Origin: Blastocystis sp. Blastoise
Lineage: Eukaryota; Protista; Bigyra: Opalinata
Direction: 5' to 3'
Length of the DNA: 64,000 bases
NCBI GenBank assembly: GCA_039096225.1
Contig: JBBPEB010000015.1
Span: 1,488,001-1,552,000 of the forward strand
Below the pieces are notes generated by a model. That model was given only the letters and a program-made list of their open reading frames with translations. It ran no database searches and was not told the origin of the DNA. The translations under genes and the position numbers were made by a program. Within the stretch, counting starts at the first letter, position 1; the number at the start of each line of letters is the position of its first letter. Below, piece after piece: positions 31,673 to 48,800 of the stretch.

Positions 31673-33073
31673 TAATAATAATAATAATAATAATAGAAAT
31701 ACTAGAAATTTAAATACAAATAGAAATGAAAGAAGAATGAATAATGAAATGGAAATTGAAATTGAATCTGAGAATACTAATAATACTAATACTAATTCTA
31801 ATCAAATTAATTCTTCTAATTCTAATACTTCTAATAATGATACTCAATCAGAAAGAGAATCTTATATTAATAATTCTAATAATAATCGTTCTAATACTCA
31901 TTCTAATACTCATTCTAATAATAATTCTAATACTCATTCTAATACTCATTCGAATAATAATACTCATAATAATAATAGATATAATAGAAATAGAAATAAT
32001 AATTATCATTCAAATAATAATAATAATAGATTTAATTATAATATAAATGATGAGAATGAATTGAATGAAGAATTAATAAATTCAGAAATTCAATATTATA
32101 AGAAAGTATCTAAACTTCTTAATGAATGTATTCAATCTATTAATACATTTACTTCTCAAATATCTATGAATAATAATAATTCTATTTCTATTCAATCTTC
32201 TATAAATATATTTATAGGTAAATTAGTAGAAATATATGAAATGAATACAGAAGAACCTATATTAGGTACAATATTAGAAAATCTAAATATATCAAATATT
32301 AATGAATCTATTAATATAATGAATATAGATTTATGGAATGATAGTAAGAATTCATTAAATCATTTTTATGATAATTCAAAAAGAATGATTGAAGATTTAT
32401 TAAAGAATAAAGAGAATATAAAGAATCATAGAGAAGCATCTAAAATAAGAAAAGATTTTGAAATTAATTCTAAATCTACTCTTCGTTCTCAAATATGGAA
32501 TAATAATACTGGAGAACATTGTACTATTCCTCCTGATACTCTTACTCAATTATATTCTGATTTATATTCTTCTCATGAATCTAATACTAATTCTACTTCT
32601 ACTTCTCCTCCTTTATGGTTATCTTCTAATATTTCTACTATACCTGAAAATTCTTCTTCTTTCAATATTATTAAATTTAAAGATGTTACTAGAATTCTAA
32701 GGAAACTTCCTAATAATAGTACTCCTGGTGCTAATGGAATTCCTTATGAAATCTATAAAAGAAGTACTTCTGCTAGATTATTATTAACTTATATCTTAGA
32801 AGTATGTAGATATAATGAAATTACTTTAAATAGTTGGAATGAATCTATTACTTGGTTATTAGATAAAGGAAAAGATGATAAATCTTCTTTAAATAATTGG
32901 AGACCATTATGTCTTCAAAATGTAGAATCAAAAATATTTTCTTCTCTTATAGTAGATTATATTAATAATATTAATAATTCTTATCATATTATATCTTCTT
33001 ATCAAAAAGGATTTACTCCTAATGTAGCTGGTTGTGAAGATCTTAATTATATTCTTAGTAATATCATAGCTGA
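31673..33073 (+). pseudogene. N-terminal half of the reverse transcriptase domain of the non-LTR element, truncated by the autonomous Helitron
   Basis: PGANGIPYE, WRPLCL, QKGF..GCE motifs. The upstream KDFEINSKSTLRSQIW...CTIPPDTLTQLYSDLYS resembles the pre-RT region of R2/NeSL-group elements. Confidence 0.85.
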
Positions 33074-35698
33074 TTTCTTATATATAAAAGGGATAAGTAA
33101 GCACAAAATTGTACTGATATAAATGGACCGATTACTTTTTTGTGTTACGTATCTATGTTACACTGATAACAGAGTAAGATACTAAATGAAAAACGTATTC
33201 TGACGCGCTTTTAAAATTTTCAAAAATTCCACGTCTAAGGGCCTAAAACGGTCAGACAAAAAAAAAATTAACGGAAATGCCCCAAATAATTGGCTAAAAT
33301 TCAAAATTAAAATTTGTATCCAATAAACATATTTCGTACATAAAATTCCTATTTATTTTTCATTTTCTCAGAAATTTTTTCATTTTTTACATTTTTCTAC
33401 TTAAAAATTTCTTTTTATATTTTGTAAAATTTATTTTTTATAAATTTCATTTTTAAGTTATATTTTTCTTTATGATGTACTTTATATTTGTCATTAAATA
33501 TTAATATAATTTATTTTAAATGCATAACATTTCTCGCCACATGTATAAACGATTTTTAAACTTTAAAAAGACAATTAGACAAGAATCCTTTTTTTAAGAG
33601 ACTTTAATTGATTGAAATTAACTTATATACATAAAATAACCTGAGTAATGATAATATATAAAGCTTTTAAAAAAATTGATCCACAAAGTATTGAGATATC
33701 GGACACATTCTCTTTTGACTCCTTTGAATTTTAATGAAAACTATCTGGATCATCATGATAACTCATGAAACCATCCTAAAAGTCATTAAAACCTGTTTTT
33801 GACATGTTGAAAAATTGACAAAAAACTTCAATCGCGCGTTCTGTCAACATTTTTTATTTTATTAATTTTTAAACGTTACAGGATTTATCTTATGAGTTTA
33901 TATTCATAAATTATTTGAACACATTTTTAAAATAAAAAGGTCGAAGAGATATCGAAATCATTTCACTCTTAATAAAGAAATTTTGACTTAATATTTGTAG
34001 TTTAGATAAAATTCGCCACTCATTGAACCCATCAGGTTTCTTTTAAGACAAGAATGAGTGGATATATGTTTGGTTGACCCTCATAAAATCAAATTCTGAT
34101 TTTATATATGAATACAGTGACCTCTACCATACACAAATATATCATTATTGCATGTTTATGACAACAAAGTTGGTGTATATTGGCAGATTTCGACCCCATT
34201 AATTTCGACTTATGACTTTATATTTGGTGTAAGGATGCCCCATAAGATACATTATGATATTTTATGTCTTTAAAGGCTTTTTAAAAAAGGTCAAAAAAAG
34301 TTAATTGCGACTTTGTACCAAAAAAAGTCGTCCTAACACACTTTTTAAAAGTCATATTAATAGTTATTATACTATTACATAAATATATAAAGTCAAAATA
34401 TAAAATATCGTTGGGTCTCGGTGTCAAAAATGAAAAAGAAATTTTGATACTTTTCAAAAATTTTATTTTTGATGTTTCAACTAAGGTCAATTTCGACCAT
34501 TATTATTATGTTTTTATTATTTATTTTTGTCATATTTAATACTATATGTGTCTATCTTATAAAATATATGAAAACTTTATAATATTATATTATATTAAAA
34601 GTTAAAATAAGATAAAAAAAAAGAGGTCTTGACAGAATTATCTACATTATTTTTTAAGTCAAACACATGAAGATTATGGACTTAATTCATAATTAATATT
34701 ATATTTCTACATAATAATATTATAAATGTTTTATTATTATGCTAATTTTTATAAAATAATACTTTTTGCAAACTGATATAGATGTAATTGTTTTACAATC
34801 TTAATTAAAAAGGTTCAAATTTTTTTATAGTGATCAATAATCTTATTAATCTCTGTTTGAAACACATAAGAAGATGAGCTAACAATAAAAATGAAAAAGA
34901 ATATTTTAAAACTTTCAGTATTTTTCTTTTCTTTTCTTTTTTTTATTGTACTGTATTTAGAAATAGATTTAAATACATTTAGCAAGTCATTTCATGAACA
35001 GAATTAAAAGCGCCAATTGTAGAATGTCTAATTAATGAATTTTTAACTGATTGAAAGAATGATTGCCTAATTGTGAACAAAGAAACTTTAGCTGATTTTA
35101 GAGTGATATAAGAAAGGGTTACTTAAAACTACTATGCTATTTCTACGTTCAACATATTAATATATTGGTAACAACCAAATCATTCTTTATTTTAATAATT
35201 CCTTCTGTAAGTTTATTTTCATTTTTGTCTTTATCGTGTTTTTATTAATTAATTTATATATGTATAGAGAGTAGATGATAAATATAATAAATTATATTTG
35301 GTAATGATACAATGTAAATGGGTAAACTAATGATACAGGGGATAATGTATAACTTTTTTATTAGGTATGCTATTACTCATCTTAAGAATTGACTGTTACA
35401 ACTATGCTATCCAAAGAAAGAAAAGAAAGAAAAGAAATGTAGCTGGAAGTTATAAATAAATGGTTGGTTATTATGAAAAAAATGATATGAAGATTCCGTT
35501 TTTAAAAGTTCACCATTCATTTTTTGATATGTAAATTCACCACAAAATATCTTTGATGTCATGTATATATTTATATTATAATATATTATTTCTTTTATTA
35601 TGTATATCTTTTTGATTTATTAAACCATTTGTTTTAATATACCTTTTATATATATAGAAGGTGCTTTTTGCTAAATCTTTCAGTATTGTTTAAGTACT

Positions 35699-39090
<3,392 letters not shown>

Positions 39091-39381
39091 GGAGTTTTTT
39101 AAATTTTTTTTTGTTTTTGCTTATAAATATTTTGTTGTTTTGTATTATTTTATTTCTTTCTTTAATTATTTATTCTTTTATATTATATTTTGTTTAGTTA
39201 AATATTTTATTTTTAAATTATTAAAAAAGTAAAATATTTTATATATATATGTTTACAAATATCTATATTGTTTAATTAATTAAATCTTATATATAATACT
39301 ATAGGAAACAAAAGAAAGCGATTTAATTCTCTTAAAAGAAGAGATATATTTGGAAATTTTATTAATTCACAAAATTCAAAA

Positions 39382-42300
39382 ATGAAAAATAATCAAGTAT
39401 TAAACGAAAATCAAAATGATTTTAATCAACACAATTCGTTATTAAATAACAATAATTCTTTAAATAATGAAGAAATAGTAACTGAACAACACCCAATACA
39501 ACTAAACAATATAGAAACTATATCTTCTTCTTCTTCTATTCCAAGTGTTACTTCAACTCAAAGTAATAATAATAATCTAATTGAAGCATCAATTAATGAA
39601 ACAAATTTTATTGAATCAGATTTAAATAATAATACAAATTTAAATAATGGAATTATATATGAAACTTTAATAAATGAAACAGATTTTATTGAAACTGACA
39701 TAAATAATAATGAAAATATATCTCAATCAATAGTTGATGATAGTTTTAATTCCACTTTTGTTTTTGAAAATAATGAAACAAATAATAATACACAACCTAC
39801 TATATTAAATAATCCTATAACTCCTTTACATAATCAACACAATAATGATATACTTTCAGATAATAATAATAGTATCAATAATAATCATATTCCATCTATA
39901 CATAATACACCAAATTCTAATACAAATAATCAAATAGTATCTCCTTCTACTTCTCTCATTATAACACCTCCTAGATTATCTCCTCTTGATTCAAGATTAA
40001 TTAGTTCTTCTTCTTCTTCTCATAATAATAATAATAATTCTATTATTCCTCCTCTGCCAAGATCATCGATATTAGATGTATTAAATTATTATCAAATATC
40101 TCCTATTCAAAATCCTAATAATAATAATTTATTATCAACAAATATAAATAATCATAGAAGAAGAATTAGTTTTGATTCTTCTACTTCAGATGATGATACA
40201 AGTTCAGATAATGATTTCACACCTATTATTCCTCCTAATACTACTAATAATCCTCTTCTACAAATAGAACCAATAAACACTACAAATAATAACGATATAG
40301 ATATAGATAATCAAAATGAAAATAATAATGAAGAAAATAATAACAATATTCCAATTGTTATAAGATTTGAAAACTGTGAAGCATGTATTAAATTAAGTAT
40401 GCTTAATATTATATCATTTTTATAATTCTTTCTTTATGATAATAAAACTATTATTATATTATGTATAGGAAATGGAGATCAAATAATAGAAGAGAATGAA
40501 AGAGATATTCAAGGAAATAACAAATATGAATATTATAATATAGGTAAAATGAATCATGTTTGTATTCATTGTGAAGCTCTTCATTTTGAAGCAGAAAAAA
40601 CAAACTTTTATATCACAAAAAATTCTACATATAAAAAATACATTAATTTAATTAATGATTCAAGAATACAATTTGAATACTATGAAGGAGATCATGATTA
40701 TATCATTACAAGAAATTCAAATTATACAATGTGTTGTAATAATGGGAAAGTGAAAGTAGAATCACCTATAAATCTTCCAAATGAATTATTAAATCAATTA
40801 ATGAGTCAAACACCAAATAATAAATTATTTAGAAATGAGATAAGAAGATATAATAATGCTTTTGCTTTTGCTTCTATGTCATGTTCTAATGTAGTAACAA
40901 GAATGAATGGTCCAGGACCATATTTTTATAGAGTTCATGGTAATGTATATCATTCTATGAGTGATTTATATCCTTCTGATAATTCTCCTCCTTCTTTTAA
41001 TCAAATATATATTTATGATGAAGAAGAAGCTCTTCATATTCGAAATGGAAATAGTATGTTTTCAGAATTATCTTCTGATTTATTATTAAGTATTGATTCT
41101 ATGATAAGAAATAATAATAAAATATATGAATCTTTTAAAACATTACATGAACAAGTAACAGAATCAAGAAGAATAAATAATACTACTTATTCACAAGTAA
41201 ATTTAAAATTACAATTTAAAATAAGTAATTATGATGATAGAAGAAGATTTAATGCTCCTACTACAACAAATGAAATAGCTATGATTATACCAAAACAAAA
41301 TGATGAAGGTTTACCAAATATTAATCTTTCATGTTATCCAAGAAGAAGAAGAAATGATAATAATGAAAATGAAAATGAAAATAATAATAATAATATATCA
41401 GAACAACAAATAACAAATCTTAGTTATAATAATCCTTTTTGTGATCCTTTAATATATCCATTAATGTTTCCTTATGGATTACCATTATGGAGTTTAGAAT
41501 CTACTTCTAATATTATACGTAATTCTGAATTACATTTAAATCGTCAAAATAATAATAATAATAATAGAAATATTTCTACAAGAACAACAACTAATAATAA
41601 TAATAATGAGAATGAAATAATAGAAGAAGTAGAAAATGAATTAAATAATAGAAATAATTATAGAATAAATAATAATCATACAGAGAATAATGATAGTAAT
41701 GGAGATGATTCAAAATCGATGAGAATTATTCCAATTTTTAGAAATAGATCAGAAAGAGGATTTCCATTAGATATTTTAGGAAATGAATTTTATACTATAC
41801 CTACTATTTCATTAAGAGAATTTTATTCTTATTTATTATATACAAGACATCCTAATCATAAGAATTATTTATTATTATTTGAAAAATTATTATTACAATT
41901 TATGGTTGATGCAGCTACAAAAATAGAATATTCAAGATTATTATTTATAGCAAATAATCAAACAAAATTAAGATCAGAGAAATATTCTGTATTTAGAGAT
42001 ACAGTGAATGAGATGATACGAAATGGATTTAGTGATGAATATATAAGAAGTAGAATGGGAAAAGCAGTTATTATTCCATCAAGTTTTGTAGGTGGTCCTC
42101 GATATATGAAGAATTCTTACTTAGAAACAATGGCTATTGTAAGAGCTTATGGTAAACCAGATTTATTTATAACCATGACTTGCAATCCAAATTGGCCAGA
42201 AATCTTAGAATCATTAGAAGAAGGTCAACAACCTTGGATGAGACCTGATATAGTAGATAGAGTATTTTATATAAAATTGAAAATCTTAACTCATTTGATA

Positions 42301-45300
42301 ACAAACTTTAAAGTATTTGGAGAAGTAAAATGTTTATGTTATTCAATAGAATATCAGAAGAGAGGAATGCCTCATGCACATATTTTAATTACTTTAGAGA
42401 ATGAATATAAATTAAGAACTCCTGAAGATATAGATTCCTATATATGTGCAGAAATTCCTGATCCTATAAAGAATCCAAGATTATATGAAATTATTACTTC
42501 AATGAATATGCATGGTCCTCATACAAGAACATCTCAATGTATGAAAGAAATAAATGGTCAACAATATTGTTCAAAGAAATTTCCAAAAGATTATAGAAAT
42601 GAAACTACAATAAATGAAGATGGATATCCAAATTATAGAAGAAGAGATAATGGTAGAATATATGTAATAGGTAGACAATCAAATGTAAATAATACTTTAG
42701 ATAATAGATGGGTAGTTCCATATAATCCATATTTATCATTAAGAATAGGTTGTCATATTAATGTAGAAGTATGTTCTTCAGTAAGAAGTCCTAAATATAT
42801 ATTTAAATATGCTTTTAAAGGACATGATTCTATTAATGCAGAAATAGAAAGAGAAGATACTAATAATAATACTACTAATAATAATCCAAATAATTCAAAT
42901 ATAAATGAAATAGAAATACCAAATGAAATGAAATCTTATTTAAAAGGAAGATATTTATCAGCTCCTGAAGCTATGTGGAGAATATATGGATTTCCAATAA
43001 AGTATTGTAATGTGAGTGTAATTACTTTAGATATTCATGATGAGAATGATAGAACTGTATATTATGTAGAAGGAGATGAAGAAAGAGCTTTAGATAGAAT
43101 AATGAATCAAGATACAATGTTAACAGCATATTTTAAAATGAATGATTTATATATAAATGAAGAATCAAGAGGAACAATGGATGAACCCTCTATTTTAACT
43201 TATATAGAATTTCCTAAATATTATACATATGATTCAAAATTAAAGAAATGGAATCATAGAAGAAGAAATAATAAAGTAATAGGAAGACTTCCTTATATAG
43301 ATCCTACAAATGATAATTTATTTTGTTTAAGAATACTTTTATTACATGTAAGTCGTCCATTAAGTTTTGATGATTTAAAATGTTATGAAGGCCAAATATA
43401 TAATACATATAGAGAATCCTGTATAGCAAGAGGATTATTAGTAGATGATACAGAATATTATGATATTCTTGCAAATGAAGTAATAGATGCTACTCCTTGG
43501 CAATTAAGACAATTATTTGGTTTACTTTGTTCTTATTATCCTATTACTGATCCATTATCTATTTGGAATACTTATAGGAATGATATGATAGATGATTTCT
43601 TTCATCAATATATAAATGAATATATAAGTATAGATAGACAAGATGCATATGTATTAGATTCAGAAGATAATGAAGTGAATAGAATAATAGAAGAATATTG
43701 TATACCTAGAGCATTAAATCATATAAGAAGTGTCATAGATACAAATAAACATAATGGAGGATATCAAAGTACTAATTTACCACAATTTGATAATAATACT
43801 AATATGATAGATTATGAATCTGAAGGAATTAATTTTGAAGAAGATCATAGAATAGCAGAAAGAAATATAAGTTTATTGAATGAAGGACAAAGAAGAGTAT
43901 ATGAATCAATAATGGAATCAGTGAATAATAATGAACCTCATAGAAATAATATGTTTTTTATAGATGGACCAGGAGGAACTGGAAAAACATTTCTTTATAA
44001 TACAATAATTAAATCAATAAGAAATAATATAGATGATGTGATAGCAGTTGCATGGACAGGTATTGCAGCTACTTTATTATGTGGAGGAAAAACATCTCAT
44101 TCACAATTTGGATTACCTTTTGAATTAAATGAATCTTCTTCTTCTTCTATTTCAAGAGGATCTCCAAGAGCAGAACAAATTAAGAAATGTAAAATAATAA
44201 TATGGGATGAAGCTCCTATGGCTTCTAAATATGCTTTAAAAGTAGTTGATCAATTATTAAGATTCTTATATAATGATGAGATAGATATTCCATTTGCAGG
44301 TAAAACAATAGTATTAGGTGGAGATTTTAGACAATGTTTACCAGTAGTAGCTCATGGAAAAGAAGCTGATATAGTTCCTTTATGTATTAAATATTTAGAT
44401 ATTTGGAATGAATTTAATCAATTTCAATTAACAGAAAATATGAGAGCAAATGCAAATGAAATAGAATTTAAAGAATTCTTATTGAAGATAGGAAATGGTG
44501 AGAGATGTAATAATGAATTAAGATTATTATCAAAAGATAAAGTACATATTCCAAGAGAATGCATTTGTGATGAGAATATAGGTGAAGAGATATTTCATGA
44601 ATTCATTAATGATTCAAATACAGATATATATAGACAGAAATTAGCTTCAAATTGTATATTATGTGCAACAAATGAACAAGCATTTTTAATTAATGAAAGA
44701 ATTCAAAATATGATAAGATCAAGTTCTCATCATTATTATAGTCATGATGAATTAGCAGAAGAAGTAGAAGATATAGATGAAAGAGATGCTTATAGTACAG
44801 AATATTTAAATAGTTTAATTCCTCAAGGATGTCCACCTCATGATTTAGAATTGAAAAGAGGTTCAGTTATTATGTTATTAAGAAATTTAGATATAAAGAG
44901 AGGATTATGTAATGGAACGAGATTAGTAGTATTAGATACAAAACCAAATGTAATAAGAAGTCAATTATTAGTAAGAACTGATAATATGTTAGAAGGACAA
45001 GATATAGTATTGATTCCAAGAATTAAATTTATAGTAGATGATAGTGATTTACCATGTAAGTTAAGTAGAAAACAATTTCCTGTCAGATTAGCTTTTGCTA
45101 TGACTATTAATAAATCACAAGGTCAAACATTTCAAAATGTAGGTATTTATTTAGAAAGACCTGTATTTAGTCATGGTCAATTATATGTTGCTTTAAGTAG
45201 AGTACGTTCTTTTCATGGTATAAAAATGTTTATAAAGAATGATAATATTAATCAAGGTCAATTAATCAGAAATAGTAATGAATGGTATACTAAAAATTGT

Positions 45301-45321
45301 GTATTTAATGGAGTATTATAA
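39382..45321 (+). CDS. Helitron RepHel transposase (Zn finger + HUH/Y2 Rep + Pif1-like SF1 helicase), intron 40397-40468; ~1,955 aa from M39382, probably extending further upstream through the acceptor at 39304
   Basis: CIHCEALHF and CCNNGKV zinc-finger-like motif. Rep motifs GKPDLFITMTCNPNWPEI, EYQKRGMPHAHILI (HUH) and KYIFKYAFKGHD (YxxxY). Helicase motifs GPGGTGKT, IWDEAPM, GGDFRQCLPV, LTENMR, AMTINKSQGQTF and GQLYVALSRV. A phase-1 GT-AG intron joins ORF 39382 to ORF 40549 in frame. Confidence 0.95.
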
Positions 45322-45601
45322 TTTATTTTTGTTGTTGTATTTTGTTATATATTTTTTTCGATTTTCTAATTTTTCTTATTTTTCTTATTGTTTATGAATA
45401 CTTTTTGTTAATTTTCAATTTTAAATTGTATATTTGTTTATTTTTATTTGTTAATAATTAATTCTTAAAATTTATATTGTTTAGTTTATAATTCTTTATC
45501 ATTATCAAAAGAAAATAAATAAATAACAAAAAACAAGAAATAATTGACTGAAATAGACTTAATAGATACATAGCATCGGCGAAGCCGATGCCACCCGCTA
45601 G

Positions 45602-45828
45602 TATAATATATAATATATAATATATAATATATAATATATAATATATAATATATAATATATAATATATAATATATAATATATAATATATAATATATAATAG
45701 ATAATAAATACTAATATATAATAGATAATATATAATAATGAAAAAAAGAAAATAAAAGCCAAACTGTTATTATTTTATGCAGCCGCGGTCCGGTGCCGTT
45801 AGGCCCCGGACCTGCGGCGTGACCCTAG
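45602..45828 (+). mobile_element. 3' remnant of a family A Helitron (end of heptamer tract plus hairpin and CTAG)
   Basis: Matches the last ~230 bp of family A copies; its 5' part is absent. Confidence 0.85.
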
Positions 45829-45831
45829 TAA

Positions 45832-48800
45832 TCATTACTATTATAAAGCAAATAGGCAAAAAAATTCCCATTGGTCAGTTTTTGGAAAATGCATTTGATT
45901 GGCTAATGTATACTATAGTTTGTGGACACAACTCCTCTAAACTTACGGGGAGTTAATGTTTGGTTGAAACACAGTTCAATAGGATATAACCTGTAGTTTT
46001 GCACCGTATATTTGGTTAAGCGATATTATTAATAATTAAAAAGTTATTAATAAAAGAACAGAAAACATGATTTTTGAGTCGTTTTTGATTGGCTCTTTGG
46101 GATGACCCCGATAAAAATTGTTGACCAGACAATTGAAAAATAAACATGGGGTAAACTTGATTTTTTCTCAATCCCACAATATACGTTATCCGTGTTTATT
46201 CTTTATATTTATCTATTTTTTAATACTTTTTCATATTGAACACGTGAGGCCTTAACGGTCAAATTTAGATTGTCAATTTGACATCATATTCTGATTCAGG
46301 AGGTCAGAAAACCTAGGTGTACCAATTTTCAGCTCCTGAGAACGATTTTTGAGTGATCGATATTTTCTTCGATCTTCTTATAATCGACTAATATTACAGT
46401 ATTGTAATTAATAGGTCCTCAAACCACTATAGTCAAAGCAGAGTCTTAAAATAATGAGTTTAAAAGTGACAATTTTGAAAAATGTGAATTAAGTGGTCTT
46501 AGAGTGAGAGATTCAATATAATAACTTTTGTTTAGTATACTTTAGATATTACTCTATTCTATGTTAAAAGGAGAGTCAAAATTATGATGGTCAAAGTGTA
46601 TGACCAAATGACAAAATGTGTCTTAAAAAGTAAAAGGGTGTCTATATGTGTTTCAAATGTTAAGTCAAGTCAATTCTATGAATAATAGCTTTAAATAAAT
46701 AGTTTAAGGTTGTCAAATTTAAAAGAATGTGTAAAACATAGTCTTAAACTGTGAATAAAAAATTTAGAGATATTAATTAGTATACAGTTGTAGTAGCTCT
46801 ACAACATATCAAAAGTATAAAGAAAATAATTTTTAGAGAGTGGATGTGTGAAGGGTTGTGAGAGTTATTAAAAATTTATTTTTACGTCAGTTTGAGCAAA
46901 ATCGTGAATTTCGTGCACTGTAGAAAAATTGAGTCAAAAGGTCAACTCTAAGGGTCTTAAATTTAAAAAATGTAAAAATGAGTGACTTAGAGGACGAGAT
47001 TCAATATTTGAGTGTTTAGTCATTAAACTAGAGTGTATGAGCTATATTATGTTAAAAGGAGGGACAAAAATATGTTGATCAAAGTGTATGACCAAATGGT
47101 AAAGTGTCTTTAAAAAGTCTAAAGTGATGACTAATATGTTTATAGAGTCTTATAAAGTCTACTATGAAAATATTAGCTTTTAAAAATATGTTTAAGCCTT
47201 TCAATTAGTAAAAATATGTTCAAAGAGACTCATAAAATGAGAGTTTTAAGAAACGAGATATTGTTCAGTATACACTAAGAGACACTCTACAACATATCAA
47301 AAATCTAGCAAAAACTATTTTTAGAGAGTGGATGTGTGAAGGGTTGTGAGAGTTATTGAAAAAATATTTTTACTTCAGTTTGTGTAAAATCGTGTTTTTG
47401 GAACACTGTAGAAAAATTAACTTCAGAAATCAACTCTAAGGGTCTTAATTTTGAAAAATGTGAAAATGACTGACTTAGAGGACGAGATTCAAAATTCCCC
47501 CTCACTTTCATATAACTAGAGCACACACTCTATATTATGTCAAAAGAAGGGACGAAAATATTTTGGTCAAAGTAAATGAGCAAATGCAAAAGGTTTATAA
47601 AATGTCTTAAAGTGATGACCAATGTGTAGCTAACGTTATACTGAGTATAGTGTGTAAATATTAGCTTATAAAAATGATTTTAAGTGTGTAAACTTTTCAT
47701 AATGTGTCAAGAAGGGTCTTTAAGAAAGAGATTCAAAACATTTGCTTTTATTTAATAAATTGTATAATAAACTCTATACTATATCAAAAGACTGAAGGAA
47801 ATTATTCTGATACAGTGGATCTTGAATGTGTAAAGTCTCTTTAAAAGTTACATTTTTGAGTTATTTATGATTAAAATCATTAGTTGAAATTAATATAAAA
47901 ATATTAACTTTTTAAGTAATGTTTTAGTTGTCAAAGTGACAATGAATGTTGACTTTGTTATACTTAAAACTTCAAAATTCTTTTAAAAAGTATTGAAATG
48001 AGTTAAAATTATTATATTATGCTTATTTAAATGAATTTTATGACTTAAAAATACTCAAGAGTACTTCACATTGTGACTCATTTCTAAAGTTGTTGACTTT
48101 AAAAACTCAAAAAATGCTTAAGAAAGTTGTTTAATTATTAATAAATACAAAATATATTTTAAAAATAATAAATAATATGTATAGTGATTCAAAATAGTTT
48201 TTTAATTTTCTTTCAAGTATTGTTTTTAGTTTTTTTGATATCATTTAAAGAATTTATTTAATTCTTATATCAGGAATTGAACCTGATTACAATCAATAAA
48301 TGATTGTAACTCTCCATATAGAGTATAAGAAGTGTTATTAAAGTAATATATAATATATAATATATAATATATAATATAAAATATAAAATATAAAATATAT
48401 AATATATAATATATAATATATAATATATAATATATAATATATAATATATAATATATAATATATAATATATAATATATAATATATAATATATAATATATAA
48501 TATATAATATATAATATATAATATATAATATATAATATATAATATATAATATATAATATATAATATATAATATATAATATATAATATATAATATATAATA
48601 TATAATATATAATATATAATATATAATATATAATATAATATATAATATATAATATATAATATAATATATAATATATAATATATAATATATAATATATAAT
48701 ATATAATATATAATATATAATATATAATATATAATATATAATATATAATATATAATATATAATATATAATATATAATATATAATATATAATATATAATAT

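Larger units (their letters stand above)
14079..33073 (+). mobile_element. Non-LTR retrotransposon (single ORF, RLE/R2-NeSL-like RT) disrupted by four Helitron insertions. ORF segments 14079-16402, 22529-23533, ~27593-28726, 31673-33073
   Basis: The four segments join without a stop codon when the Helitrons are removed at AA|T sites (~1,950 codons). The last segment has RT N-terminal motifs: LRKLPNNSTPGANGIPYEIYK, WNESITWLLDKGKDD, NWRPLCLQNVESKIFS, ISSYQKGFTPNVAGCED. The RT is cut off at 33073 before the catalytic YxDD. That the N-terminal 14079-16402 part belongs to the element is inferred from frame continuity. Confidence 0.75.

Noticed and set aside
35280-35698. Additional upstream exons of the micro-exon gene
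   Set aside because: The region looks coding-like, but I could not join a stop-free frame (in-frame TAA at 35672), so it is left unannotated.
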